From Candidatus Methylomirabilia bacterium (GTDB lineage: Bacteria; Methylomirabilota; Methylomirabilia; Rokubacteriales; CSP1-6), in contig JBGPXN010000003.1 in assembly GCA_041492755.1 (NCBI GenBank), positions 13,180-77,179 of the forward strand: 64,000 nucleotides of DNA, written 5' to 3'. Below are positions 32,964 to 41,949 of the stretch, piece by piece (the stretch's first letter is position 1; every line of letters starts with the position of its first letter). The position numbers and the translations under genes were made by a program. Under the pieces are notes generated by a model. The model saw only the letters and a list, made by a program, of their open reading frames with translations, was not told where the DNA came from and did no database searches.

Positions 32964-33961
32964 GAATCGCGCTCGTCAAGCTTTCCTCGCTCGGCGACGT
33001 CGTGCACGCCCTGCCGGTGGCGGCGACGGTGAAGCGGTGCGCGCCCCAGGCCCACCTGACGTGGATCGTCGAGCGGCGGGAGGCGACCCTGCTCGCCGAC
33101 AACCCGGACGTGGACGAGGTCATCGACATCGACACGCGGAGCTGGCGACGCCGCTGGCGCCCGCAAGGCGTGGCCTCGACGCTCGGGGCCGTCGGGAGAC
33201 TGCGCCGGCGGTTGCGCGACGGCCGCTTCGACGTCGCCCTGGACCTGCAAGGCCTGGCCAAGAGTGGGCTGGTCACGGCGGCCACCGGCGCCCCGCTACG
33301 GATCGGCTTCGACCGGCAGTGGGGCCGCGAGGGCCGCCTCAACTCGCTCTTCACCAATCGGCGCGTCACGCCGCCGGCGGCGGCCCGTCACGTCGTGGAC
33401 CAGTATCTTTCGCTCCTGTCTCCGCTCGGGCTGGGCGCCCCGGTGCGCGAGTTCAAGCTTCCCGTTCAGCCGCGCGCCGAGACACGGATCGAGCACGCGC
33501 TGATGGCGGCCGGCCTCAAACCGCGCCAGCGTCTGGTCGTCGTCAATCCCGGCGCCGGACGACCGGACAAGCGCTGGCCGCCGGAGCGCTTCCGCGCGCT
33601 GGCGGCACGCCTCGTCGACGACGCGGCGGCCAGCGTCGTCGTGGTCTGGGGGCCGAGCGAGCACGCCGCCGCCCACGCCATCGCCGACGCCCAGCGCGGC
33701 GTCGTGCTCGCCCCGCCCACCGACCTCACCGAGCTCATCGCGGTGCTCCGGCGGGCGAGTGTGATGATCGCTGCCGACACCGGCCCGCTTCACCTGGCCG
33801 CGGCGGTGGGCACGCCGTGCGTCGGGCTCTACGGTCCGACGTCGGCCGTGCGCAACGGTCCGTACGGCGGTGGCCATCGCGTGATCCAGGCCGACGACCG
33901 GCGCATGACGTCGATCTCGGTGGACGCGGTCGTGCGACTGGCGGCCGATCTCCTCGGATGA
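32960..33961 (+). CDS. waaC: LPS heptosyltransferase I (GT9)
   Basis: [39 protein letters not shown]. Confidence 0.9.
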   Translation: MRIALVKLSSLGDVVHALPVAATVKRCAPQAHLTWIVERREATLLADNPDVDEVIDIDTRSWRRRWRPQGVASTLGAVGRLRRRLRDGRFDVALDLQGLAKSGLVTAATGAPLRIGFDRQWGREGRLNSLFTNRRVTPPAAARHVVDQYLSLLSPLGLGAPVREFKLPVQPRAETRIEHALMAAGLKPRQRLVVVNPGAGRPDKRWPPERFRALAARLVDDAAASVVVVWGPSEHAAAHAIADAQRGVVLAPPTDLTELIAVLRRASVMIAADTGPLHLAAAVGTPCVGLYGPTSAVRNGPYGGGHRVIQADDRRMTSISVDAVVRLAADLLG

Positions 33962-34731
33962 CGCAGCCGCGTCTGTCGGTCACCGTCATCACCTTCAACG
34001 AGGAGGCGCGGCTGCGCGGCTGTCTCGATTCCGTGGCGTGGGCCGACGAGATCGTCGTCGTCGACGCCGGCTCGACGGACCGGACGGTGGCCATCGCGCG
34101 CGACTTCACCGATCGCGTGCTGGCGCGTCCGTGGCCGGGCTTTGCCGAGCAGAAGAACTTCGCGCTCGCCGAGGCGCGCGGCGAATGGGTGCTCTCGCTC
34201 GACGCCGACGAAGAGGTGACGGTCGAGCTGCGCGACGCCATCCTCGGCATCGTGAAAGGCAGCCCGGCCGCGATGGGCTACGCCGTCGCCCGCCGCAACA
34301 TCATGTGGGGAGCGTGGATCCGCCACGGCGGGCTCTATCCGGACTGGCAGGTCCGCCTGTTCCGCCGGGACCGCGGGCGCTTCGTGCCCCGCGCCGTGCA
34401 CGAGTCGGTCCGGATCGACGGCCCCGTGGAGCGGCTGCATCAGCCCTTGCTGCACCGCAGCTACCGCGACGTCGCCGACTTCCTCGCGCGCGCCGACCGC
34501 TATTCGACCCTCGCCGCCGAGGAGTGGCTCGCGCAGGGCCGACCGGTGCGGCCCCGTGACGTCGCGCTCCGGCCGCTGGGGCGCTTTCTCGCCATGTACG
34601 TCGCGCGCGCGGGCTTCCTCGACGGCTGGCGGGGACTTCTGCTCGCCGGACTCTACGCGTACTATGTCTTCATGCGAACGGCGAAGGCGCTGGAACGGGC
34701 GAAGGCGCAGGCGGGGGAGCGCGGTCGATGA
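33958..34731 (+). CDS. GT2 glycosyltransferase, WaaE/KdtX-like
   Basis: ATG 33958; LSV.VITFNEE, VVD.GS.D.T, QKNFA, LDADE, YPD.Q.RLF, VHE. Confidence 0.88.
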   Translation: MTQPRLSVTVITFNEEARLRGCLDSVAWADEIVVVDAGSTDRTVAIARDFTDRVLARPWPGFAEQKNFALAEARGEWVLSLDADEEVTVELRDAILGIVKGSPAAMGYAVARRNIMWGAWIRHGGLYPDWQVRLFRRDRGRFVPRAVHESVRIDGPVERLHQPLLHRSYRDVADFLARADRYSTLAAEEWLAQGRPVRPRDVALRPLGRFLAMYVARAGFLDGWRGLLLAGLYAYYVFMRTAKALERAKAQAGERGR

Positions 34732-35723
34732 GCCCGGCAAAGGATCGCGTGCTGTCGGGCATGCGACCCACCGGCAAAGTCCATCTGGGGAACTATCTGG
34801 GCGCGCTCGTCAACTGGGTCAGGCTTCAAGATCTCGGCGAGGAGTGCTTCTACTTCGTCGCCAACTGGCACGCGCTCACCACCGGCGCCGACGACGTCGC
34901 GGAGGTGCCGCAGGCCACGATCGAGATGCTCGCGGACTGGCTGGCGGCCGGGCTCGATCCGCAGCGCTCCACCCTCTTCGTCCAGTCGTGGGTCCCCGAG
35001 CACGCCGAGCTGCACCTGCTGTTGTCGATGATCACGCCGGTGAGCTGGCTCGAGCGAGCGCCGACCTACAAGGAGCAGATCGAGCAGCTCGGCATGCAGT
35101 CGCCGTCGTACGGGTTCCTGGGCTATCCGCTGCTGCAGGCGGCCGACATCCTCATGTACAAGGCACGATGGGTGCCGGTCGGCGTGGATCAGGTCCCGCA
35201 CGTCGAGATCACGCGCGAGATCGCGCGGCGCTTCAACAATGTTTTCGGGCCGGTGTTCCCGGAGCCGGAGGCGCGGCTGACCGAGATCCCGAAAGTGCCG
35301 GGGACCGATGGTCGGAAGATGTCGAAGTCCTACGACAACGCGATCTACCTGTCGGACTCGGCGGAGGCGGTCGAGAGCAAGATCCGGCCGATGATGACGG
35401 ACCCGGCGCGCAAGCGACGCTCGGACCCGGGAAACCCGGACGTCTGCCCGGTCTTCGATCTGCACAAGATCTTCACGCCGCCCGCCGACCGTGAGTGGGC
35501 GGCGACGGGTTGCCGCACCGCGGGCATCGGCTGTCTCGACTGCAAGGCCAGGCTCCTGCAGCACCTGCAGCCGGCGCTGGCGCCGATCCGGGAGCGGCGC
35601 CAGGCGTTCTCCGAGAAGCCCGATCTGATCCTCGACATCTTGAAGGACGGCTCGGCGCGTGCCCGGCGCATGGCCCAGGCCACCATGGAGGACGTCCGGC
35701 GCGTGGTCACCATCGCTCCATGA
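34728..35723 (+). CDS. trpS: Tryptophan--tRNA ligase
   Basis: SGMRPTG..HLGN, YP.LQAADI, VPVG.DQ..H, KMSKS. Confidence 0.97.
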   Translation: MSPAKDRVLSGMRPTGKVHLGNYLGALVNWVRLQDLGEECFYFVANWHALTTGADDVAEVPQATIEMLADWLAAGLDPQRSTLFVQSWVPEHAELHLLLSMITPVSWLERAPTYKEQIEQLGMQSPSYGFLGYPLLQAADILMYKARWVPVGVDQVPHVEITREIARRFNNVFGPVFPEPEARLTEIPKVPGTDGRKMSKSYDNAIYLSDSAEAVESKIRPMMTDPARKRRSDPGNPDVCPVFDLHKIFTPPADREWAATGCRTAGIGCLDCKARLLQHLQPALAPIRERRQAFSEKPDLILDILKDGSARARRMAQATMEDVRRVVTIAP

Positions 35724-36508
35724 CGGACGCGGAAGGCTCCCGCACGCTCACCCTGCGCGTCGGGACCTTCGAAGGGCCCTTCGACCTCCTCCTCCACCTG
35801 TGCCGCACCAACGAGCTCGACCTCGCCGCGCTGCCGGTCCGCACGATCACCGACCAGTACGTCGCGCACCTGGAAGCCATGGAGTTCCGGGATCTCGAAT
35901 CGGCGGGCGCGTACCTGGTCATGGCGGCGACCCTCATCTATCTGAAGTCGAAGCTCCTGCTGCCACCCGAGGAAACGGGCGCGGAGGCGCTCGACGAGGA
36001 AGGCGAGGCACTCCGGCTCGAGCTGGAGGAACGGCTGCGCGAGTACTCACGGGTCAGAGCCCGCGGTCGGTGGCTCGCCGAGCGCGAGGCCGAGCAGGCG
36101 CTGCGGTGGGGCCGCCCGGTGGCGTCGCTGCCGCCGGCGGAGGACGTTCCGCTCGAGGATCTCAGCGTCCATCTGCTCGAGCGCGCGCTCAAGCGACTCA
36201 TCGAGCAACAGGTGCGTCGGGCGCCGCGGGCGGTGGAGCCGGAGCCACCGTCGGTGCTGGAGCGCATGACCGAGATCCTGTCCGTCCTGCGCGACACCTG
36301 GTCGGTGCTGTTCTCGTCACTCGCGGGTCCCGACCGCAACCGCTCGGATATCGTGGCCTCGTTGCTGGCCGTGCTCGAGTTGGTGCGGCTCGGGCGTATT
36401 CGTACGCAGCAAACGGAGCTCTTCGGAGAGATCGTCATCGAACGCCACACGGGGGAGACGCCAACGCATGTCCCAAGCGCCGTCGCCGAGCCCAGTGCCG
36501 ACTCCTGA
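35720..36508 (+). CDS. scpA: Segregation and condensation protein A
   Basis: ATG 35720; FEGPFDLLLHL, YLVMAATL.YLKS..LLP, LA.LEL...G.I...Q...FG.I. Confidence 0.93.
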   Translation: MTDAEGSRTLTLRVGTFEGPFDLLLHLCRTNELDLAALPVRTITDQYVAHLEAMEFRDLESAGAYLVMAATLIYLKSKLLLPPEETGAEALDEEGEALRLELEERLREYSRVRARGRWLAEREAEQALRWGRPVASLPPAEDVPLEDLSVHLLERALKRLIEQQVRRAPRAVEPEPPSVLERMTEILSVLRDTWSVLFSSLAGPDRNRSDIVASLLAVLELVRLGRIRTQQTELFGEIVIERHTGETPTHVPSAVAEPSADS

Positions 36509-37241
36509 GCACATGGGGGGCCCCGAAATGGCCCCCCAGGCCTTTCAAGCGAAGGGGGCTACGCCCCCCTCGGATTCCCCCGGCCGACACTCGGGAGCGC
36601 CCCGGGAAACCCGGGGCGCTCCTCGACCTCTCGATTCGTCTACCGGCTCTGACGTCGTCGAAGCGCTGCTCTTCGCCTCCGACGAGCCGCTCGCCGCGGA
36701 GCGGATCCGCGAGGTGCTCGACCTCGGCGACGTGGGCGAGGTGGTCGCGCTCGTCGAGGAGCTGCGCGCGCGCTACGCCGCGGCCGGGGCCGGGCTCACC
36801 GTGGTCGAGGTCGGCGGCGGCTTTCGCATGGTCACGCGGCCCGAGCTGGCGCCGTGGCTGGTGCGGCTGGCCAAGACCCGCACGCGCGCGCGGTTGTCGC
36901 GCCCGGCGCTGGAGACGCTGGCGATCATCGCCTACAAGCAGCCGGTGTCGCGTCCGGAGGTCGACGCCGTCCGCGGCGTGAACTCCGAGGGCGTGCTCGA
37001 CAGCCTGCTCGATCGTCGTTTGCTGCGGATCGCGGGCCGCAAGGAAGCGCCGGGGCGTCCCTTCATGTACGAGACCACGCGCGAATTCCTCGTCGCCTTC
37101 GGCCTGCGCGACCTCGGCGATTTGCCCAAGGTCGACGGCGAGCTCCTCATCCCCGAGACCGTGAGTGTTCCCGCCGATGGCCACACTGCGGCTGAACAAG
37201 ATCCTCGCCCAGGCGGGACTGACGTCGCGCCGGGGGGCTGA
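36468..37241 (+). CDS. scpB: SMC-Scp complex subunit ScpB with repeat-derived N-terminal extension
   Basis: EALLFAS.EPL, LS..ALETLAIIAYKQPV.R, RGV, GRP..Y.TT..FL..FGL; start at 36468, 36513 or 36528. Confidence 0.93.
   Translation: MSQAPSPSPVPTPEHMGGPEMAPQAFQAKGATPPSDSPGRHSGAPRETRGAPRPLDSSTGSDVVEALLFASDEPLAAERIREVLDLGDVGEVVALVEELRARYAAAGAGLTVVEVGGGFRMVTRPELAPWLVRLAKTRTRARLSRPALETLAIIAYKQPVSRPEVDAVRGVNSEGVLDSLLDRRLLRIAGRKEAPGRPFMYETTREFLVAFGLRDLGDLPKVDGELLIPETVSVPADGHTAAEQDPRPGGTDVAPGG
36511..36625 (+). repeat. Modular palindromic repeat, copy 1 (three hairpins)
   Basis: ACATGGGGGGCCCCGAAATGGCCCCCCA ... GGAGCGCCCCGGGAAACCCGGGGCGCTCCTCG; both modules recur at 45278-45352. Confidence 0.9.
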
Positions 37242-37905
37242 GAACCTCCTCCGCGAGGGTCGCGTCAGCGTCAACGGCGTTGCCGTTCGCGAGCCGGGCG
37301 CGACCGCCGATCCCGATCGTGATCTCATCCACGTCGACGGCAAGCCGCTACCCGGCCCCGCCGCCCACCAGTACGTTCTCCTGCACAAGCCCCGCGGCGT
37401 CGTGACCACGTTGCGTGATCCGCAAGGCCGGCCGGTCGTGGCGGATCTGCTGCCCGGCGGCGCCCGCCTGTTTCCGGTGGGTCGGCTGGACGCCGACGTC
37501 GAAGGCGCGCTGCTGCTCACCAACGACGGCGCGCTCGCCCACCGCTTGCTGCACCCGCGCTACGGCGTGCCGCGCGTCTACGAGGCCGAGGTGGCGCCGC
37601 CGGTGGCGCGCGCCGACCTCGCGCGCTGGCGGCAGGGTGTCACCCTCGCCGATGGCCCGGCGCGTCCCCTCGCCGTCGATCTCACCAGCGCCGGCGCCCA
37701 CGGACACCGGCTGCGGCTCACGTTCGCCGAGGGACGCAAGCACGAAGTGAAGCGCTACTGCGAGGCCCTGGGCCATCCGGTGGTCCGCCTGCGCCGAATC
37801 GCCTTCGGCCCGATTCAGCTCGGCGACCTGCCGCTGGGCGCCGCCCGCGCGCTCACCCCGCGAGAAGTGCGCGCTCTCCGTGCCCTGTCGACGAGCCAGC
37901 CGTAG
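37177..37905 (+). CDS. rluB: rRNA pseudouridine synthase, RluB/RsuA family
   Basis: ATG 37177; S4 domain RLNK.LA.AG..SRR, HKP.GVVTT, PVGRLD, LLLTNDG, EGRKHEVKR; follows scpAB. Confidence 0.88.
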   Translation: MATLRLNKILAQAGLTSRRGAENLLREGRVSVNGVAVREPGATADPDRDLIHVDGKPLPGPAAHQYVLLHKPRGVVTTLRDPQGRPVVADLLPGGARLFPVGRLDADVEGALLLTNDGALAHRLLHPRYGVPRVYEAEVAPPVARADLARWRQGVTLADGPARPLAVDLTSAGAHGHRLRLTFAEGRKHEVKRYCEALGHPVVRLRRIAFGPIQLGDLPLGAARALTPREVRALRALSTSQP

Positions 37906-37924
37906 CGGGCGGTCCGGCAGGGGA

Positions 37925-38050
37925 CCAGGCCGATCAAAACGGTGCAGATGCGAGGCGGCGACCGAGACGACGACCGAGGCGTACTCCCAGTACGCCGCAG
38001 GGAGGAGCGAGGGAGCCAACGAAGCAGATGCGCCGTTTTCATCGGCCTGG
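37925..38050. mobile_element. MITE-like element / long hairpin, 126 bp
   Basis: 27-nt imperfect terminal inverted repeats (37925-37951 and 38024-38050, 23/27 match) plus internal hairpin GGCGTACT-CCC-AGTACGCC. Confidence 0.65.
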
Positions 38051-38051
38051 G

Positions 38052-38080
38052 TTGCGGAGGCGAAGGTGGTTGCCTATAAT
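38052..38080 (+). promoter_or_regulatory. Sigma70 promoter for pheA operon
   Basis: TTGCGG (38052-38057), 17 nt, TATAAT (38075-38080); SD AGGAG before ATG 38119. Confidence 0.7.
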
Positions 38081-38118
38081 GCCCCCCATTCTCGACCGTA
38101 CGGCCGTCAGGAGTTCGT

Positions 38119-39180
38119 ATGAGCCTGGACGATTGGCGTTCCAGGATCAATGATCTAGACAACCAAATCCTCACCCTCCTCAACCAGCGCGCCGAGGCCG
38201 CCCTCAAGATCGGAGACCTCAAACGACGGCGGGATACGCCGTCGTATGCCCCGGAGCGCGAGGCCGAGATCGTCACCCGACTGGGCGGGCTCAACCGAGG
38301 GCCGCTACCGGCGGAGACGGTGCGCGCGGTGTGGCGCGAGATCCTCTCGGGCTGCCGCGCGCTCGAAGCGCCGCTCACCATCGCGTACCTGGGGCCGCGG
38401 GCGACGTTCACTCACCAGGCGGCCCGGCAGCATTTCGGCGCGAGCGTGGACTACCTGCCGTCGCGCACGATCGCCGACATCTTCGAGGACGTCGAGCGAG
38501 GGGCCGCACAGTTCGGCGTGGTGCCGGTCGAGAACAGTACCGAGGGCACGGTCAACGTGACGCTCGACCGCCTCATCGACACCGAGATGCGGATCTGCGG
38601 CGAGCTCTATCTCGCCATCGCCCAGAATCTGTTGTCCGGGGCGCGTGAGCTGAGCGACGTCAAGACCGTCATGTCGCATCCGCAGGGGATCGCGCAGTGC
38701 CGCAACTGGCTGGCCGCGAACCTGCCGGACGTGCCCGCGCAGGAAGTCGCGTCCACCGCGGGCGCCGCCGAGCTGGCCGCGAGCGACGCCACGGTGGCGG
38801 CCATCGCTTCCGAGCTGGCGGGGGAGCTTTACGGCGTGCCCGTGCTGCGGGCCCGCATCGAGGACAACCCGAACAACTCCACGCGTTTCCTCGTGCTGGG
38901 GCGCCGGGTGCCGGGGCCGACCGGCCGCGACAAGACGTCGATCCTCTTCGCCATGCGCAACGAACCGGGCGTGCTGTTCCGGATCCTGGAGCCACTCGCC
39001 CGTCGCGGTTTGAATTTGACCAAGATCGAGTCCCGCCCGGCCAAGCAGCGGCCCTGGGAGTACGTGATGTTCCTCGACCTCGAGGGGCATCACGAAACGC
39101 CCGAGGTGGCGGCCGCTCTCGGCGAGGTGCGCGAGCGAACGCTCTTCTTCAAGGTGCTCGGCTCGTACCCGGCGGGATAA
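38119..39180 (+). CDS. pheA: Chorismate mutase / prephenate dehydratase
   Basis: N-terminal AroQ domain, AYLGP..TF, VPVENS.EG, SHPQ, N.TRF, LTKIESRP. Confidence 0.96.
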   Translation: MSLDDWRSRINDLDNQILTLLNQRAEAALKIGDLKRRRDTPSYAPEREAEIVTRLGGLNRGPLPAETVRAVWREILSGCRALEAPLTIAYLGPRATFTHQAARQHFGASVDYLPSRTIADIFEDVERGAAQFGVVPVENSTEGTVNVTLDRLIDTEMRICGELYLAIAQNLLSGARELSDVKTVMSHPQGIAQCRNWLAANLPDVPAQEVASTAGAAELAASDATVAAIASELAGELYGVPVLRARIEDNPNNSTRFLVLGRRVPGPTGRDKTSILFAMRNEPGVLFRILEPLARRGLNLTKIESRPAKQRPWEYVMFLDLEGHHETPEVAAALGEVRERTLFFKVLGSYPAG

Positions 39181-39189
39181 GGAGACGGC

Positions 39190-40302
39190 ATGCACACGCA
39201 GTGGGAGTCCCTGGCCAACGAGCACATTCTCGGCATCGCGCCCTACGAGCCGGGGAAGCCGATCGAGGAGCTGGAGCGCGAGCTGGGCATCAGCGACGCG
39301 ATCAAGCTCGCGTCCAATGAAAACCCGCTGCCCCCTTCCGACCGCGTGCAGCGGGCGATCGCGGCCGCCCTGCCCATGCTCAACCGATATCCCGACGGCA
39401 GCGGGTTCTATCTGCGACAAGCGCTCGCCAAGAAGCACGGGGTGATGCCGGAGCAGGTGACCCTCGGCAACGGCTCCAACGAGCTGATCGAGCTGCTCGC
39501 GCGCACGTTCCTGCGCCCCGGCGACGAGGCGATCGTGCCGCACCCGTCCTTCGTCGTCTATCCGATGATCGTTCAGGCCGCCGGCGGCATCCGCGTAATG
39601 GTCATGCTCAAGGATTACCGCATCGATCTGGAGGCGATGGCCCGCGCCATCACGCCGCTCACCAAGATGGTCTTCATCGCCAACCCGAACAACCCGACGG
39701 CGACCATCGTGACCGCGACCGAGGTGGAGCACTTCATGGCGCGGGTTCCGGAGCGGGCCATCGTGGTGTTCGACGAGGCGTACATCGAGTTCGCGCTGGG
39801 CTCCGACTTCCCGGACATGCTGTCGTACGTCAAGCAGGGCCGCAAGGTCGTCGTGCTCCGGACGTTCTCCAAGGCGACCAGCCTGGCCGGCCTGCGGGTC
39901 GGCTACGGCATCGCCGATGCCGACGCCGTCGCCCTCATGAACCGCATCCGCCAACCGTTCAACGTGAACGCGCTCGCGCAGGTGGCCGCCCTGGCCGCGC
40001 TCGAGGACGACGGGCACGTCCTCGAGTGCGTGCGGATGATCGAGGCCGGGCGCCACTTCCTCTACGACGAGTTCAACGGTCTCGGCATCAAGTACGTCCC
40101 GGCCCGCGCCAACTTCATCCTGGTCGACGTGGGGCGCAGCGCCGCCGACATCTACCAGGCGCTCCTGCACGACGGTGTCATCGTGCGGCCCCTCACCGCG
40201 TTCGGGATGGAGACGGCCCTGCGCATCACGGTCGGCACACCGGAGGAGAACCGCAAGCTCGTCAAGGCGCTGCGCAAAGTGCTGGGGACGCGCAAAAGTT
40301 GA
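39190..40302 (+). CDS. hisC: Histidinol-phosphate/aromatic aminotransferase
   Basis: KLASNENP, RYPD, GNGSNE, NPNNPT, DEAY, RTFSK...LAGLRVGY. Confidence 0.94.
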   Translation: MHTQWESLANEHILGIAPYEPGKPIEELERELGISDAIKLASNENPLPPSDRVQRAIAAALPMLNRYPDGSGFYLRQALAKKHGVMPEQVTLGNGSNELIELLARTFLRPGDEAIVPHPSFVVYPMIVQAAGGIRVMVMLKDYRIDLEAMARAITPLTKMVFIANPNNPTATIVTATEVEHFMARVPERAIVVFDEAYIEFALGSDFPDMLSYVKQGRKVVVLRTFSKATSLAGLRVGYGIADADAVALMNRIRQPFNVNALAQVAALAALEDDGHVLECVRMIEAGRHFLYDEFNGLGIKYVPARANFILVDVGRSAADIYQALLHDGVIVRPLTAFGMETALRITVGTPEENRKLVKALRKVLGTRKS

Positions 40303-41150
40303 TCCAGCGGCTCGCCGTTCTCGGTCTCGGCCTGCTCGGCGGCTCCGTCGCCAAGGCCGTGCGCGCGGCCGGCCTCGCGCGCGAGATCGTCGGCATCGGC
40401 CGGGACACCGCCCGGCTCGAGCCGGCGCGGCGTGACGGCACTGTCGACCACGTCACCACCGACATCGCGGCGGGCGTCCGCGGCGCCGACGTCGTCGTCC
40501 TCGCCACCACCGTCGACGCCATCGAGCGCCAGCTGGAGACGGTGGCGCGCGCGGTGGAGGCGGACGCGCTCGTCACCGACGTGGGCTCGACGAAGGCCGG
40601 CATCGTCGCCGTGGCCGAACGCCTGGCCGCCGGGCGGCCGCTTTCGTTCGTCGGGAGCCATCCCATGGCGGGCTCCGAACAGGCCGGCTACGCGGTGTCC
40701 CGTGCGGATCTCTTCCGCGGCGCCACCGTCATCGTCACCCCGACCGACCAGACGCCGCCGGCGCTGGTCAAGAACGCGGGCGCGTTCTGGGAGTCGCTCG
40801 GCGCCGGCCGCATCGTACAGCTCGATCCGCGGGCCCACGATCGTGCGGTGGCCGCCATCAGCCATCTGCCGCACGTGGCCGCGTTCGCGTTGGTCGATGC
40901 GGTGGCGCGTTTCGAGCCTGGCGCGTTCGAGGTCGCCGCGCGCGGCTTCAAGGACACCACCCGCATCGCGGCCTCGGATCCCGAGGTGTGGCGCACGATC
41001 CTCCTCGCCAACCGCGCCGCCGTCGTGGACAGCCTGGCCGTGTTCCGCGAAGCGCTCGACGCGCTCGAGCGGCTCATCGCGACCGGTGACGCGGCTGCGC
41101 TGCAGGCCGCGATCGCGCGCGTCAAGGCACAGCGGGAGGCGCTGCGGTGA
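40299..41150 (+). CDS. tyrA: Prephenate/arogenate dehydrogenase
   Basis: TTG 40299; GLGLLGGS, TDVGSTK, HPMAGSE, HD.AVA.ISHLPH, GFKDTTRIA. Confidence 0.93.
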   Translation: MIQRLAVLGLGLLGGSVAKAVRAAGLAREIVGIGRDTARLEPARRDGTVDHVTTDIAAGVRGADVVVLATTVDAIERQLETVARAVEADALVTDVGSTKAGIVAVAERLAAGRPLSFVGSHPMAGSEQAGYAVSRADLFRGATVIVTPTDQTPPALVKNAGAFWESLGAGRIVQLDPRAHDRAVAAISHLPHVAAFALVDAVARFEPGAFEVAARGFKDTTRIAASDPEVWRTILLANRAAVVDSLAVFREALDALERLIATGDAAALQAAIARVKAQREALR

Positions 41151-41265
41151 GGCGGATCTCGCCGGCCGTCCTTTTGCTCGTCGCAGGGCACGTTGGGTGG
41201 GAGGCGGCGATCGGGGTGACCGAGGGGGGGGGGACGTGGACCGGACTGCCGATGGAGACGTGGCG

Positions 41266-41949
41266 GTGACCATGGTCGGCACGCGTGCCTGCGTCATCGC
41301 CATCGACGGTCCGGCCGGGGCGGGGAAGAGCACGGCGGCTGGCTTGCTGGCCCGTCGGCTCGGCTACCGACTCATCGACACCGGCGCCATGTACCGCGCG
41401 CTGGCGTGGAGCGTGGCCCGGGCCGGGCTTCAGCCCCAGGATAGCCCCGCGTTGCGGCAACATCTCGACCGGGTGAAGATCGACGTCGTCGGTGAGCGGG
41501 TCCTCGTCGACGGCGTGGACGTCGGCGGCGAGATCCGTACGCCGGCGATCAGTGGACTGACCTCGCGGCTCACGACCCTGCCGTCCGTGCGCGACAAGGT
41601 GACGCCACTGCAGCGCAAGCTGGCTGCCGCCGGGGGCGTCGTCCTCGAAGGCCGCGATATCGGCACCGTGGTGTGTCCGGACGCCGACGTGAAGTTTTTC
41701 CTGGAGGCGTCGCTCGAGGAACGCGCGCGCCGCCGTCACGCCGAGCTGGGCGAGCGCGGTGGGACGATGCCCCTCGAGCGTGTCCGCGAGGACCTGGCCG
41801 CGCGCGATGCCCAGGACCGGACCCGCGCGGTAGCGCCGCTCGTCAAGGCCGACGACGCCATCACCGTGGACAGCACCGATCGGACACCGGAGCAGGTCGT
41901 CGAGCTCATGCTCCAGGCGATCGAGCGACAATGCTGTACCCAATTCTAA
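41266..41949 (+). CDS. cmk: Cytidylate kinase
   Basis: GTG 41266 or ATG 41272; IAIDGPAGAGKST, DTGAMYR, EGRDIGTVV.PDA. Confidence 0.95.
   Translation: MTMVGTRACVIAIDGPAGAGKSTAAGLLARRLGYRLIDTGAMYRALAWSVARAGLQPQDSPALRQHLDRVKIDVVGERVLVDGVDVGGEIRTPAISGLTSRLTTLPSVRDKVTPLQRKLAAAGGVVLEGRDIGTVVCPDADVKFFLEASLEERARRRHAELGERGGTMPLERVREDLAARDAQDRTRAVAPLVKADDAITVDSTDRTPEQVVELMLQAIERQCCTQF

Noticed and set aside
38081..38118. Phe-rich attenuator leader peptide or T-box before pheA
   Set aside because: Leader is only about 30 nt, with no Phe-codon ORF or T-box motif
37880..38122. 80-aa ORF across the rluB-pheA gap
   Set aside because: Overlaps the inverted-repeat element and the pheA promoter; no protein-like features
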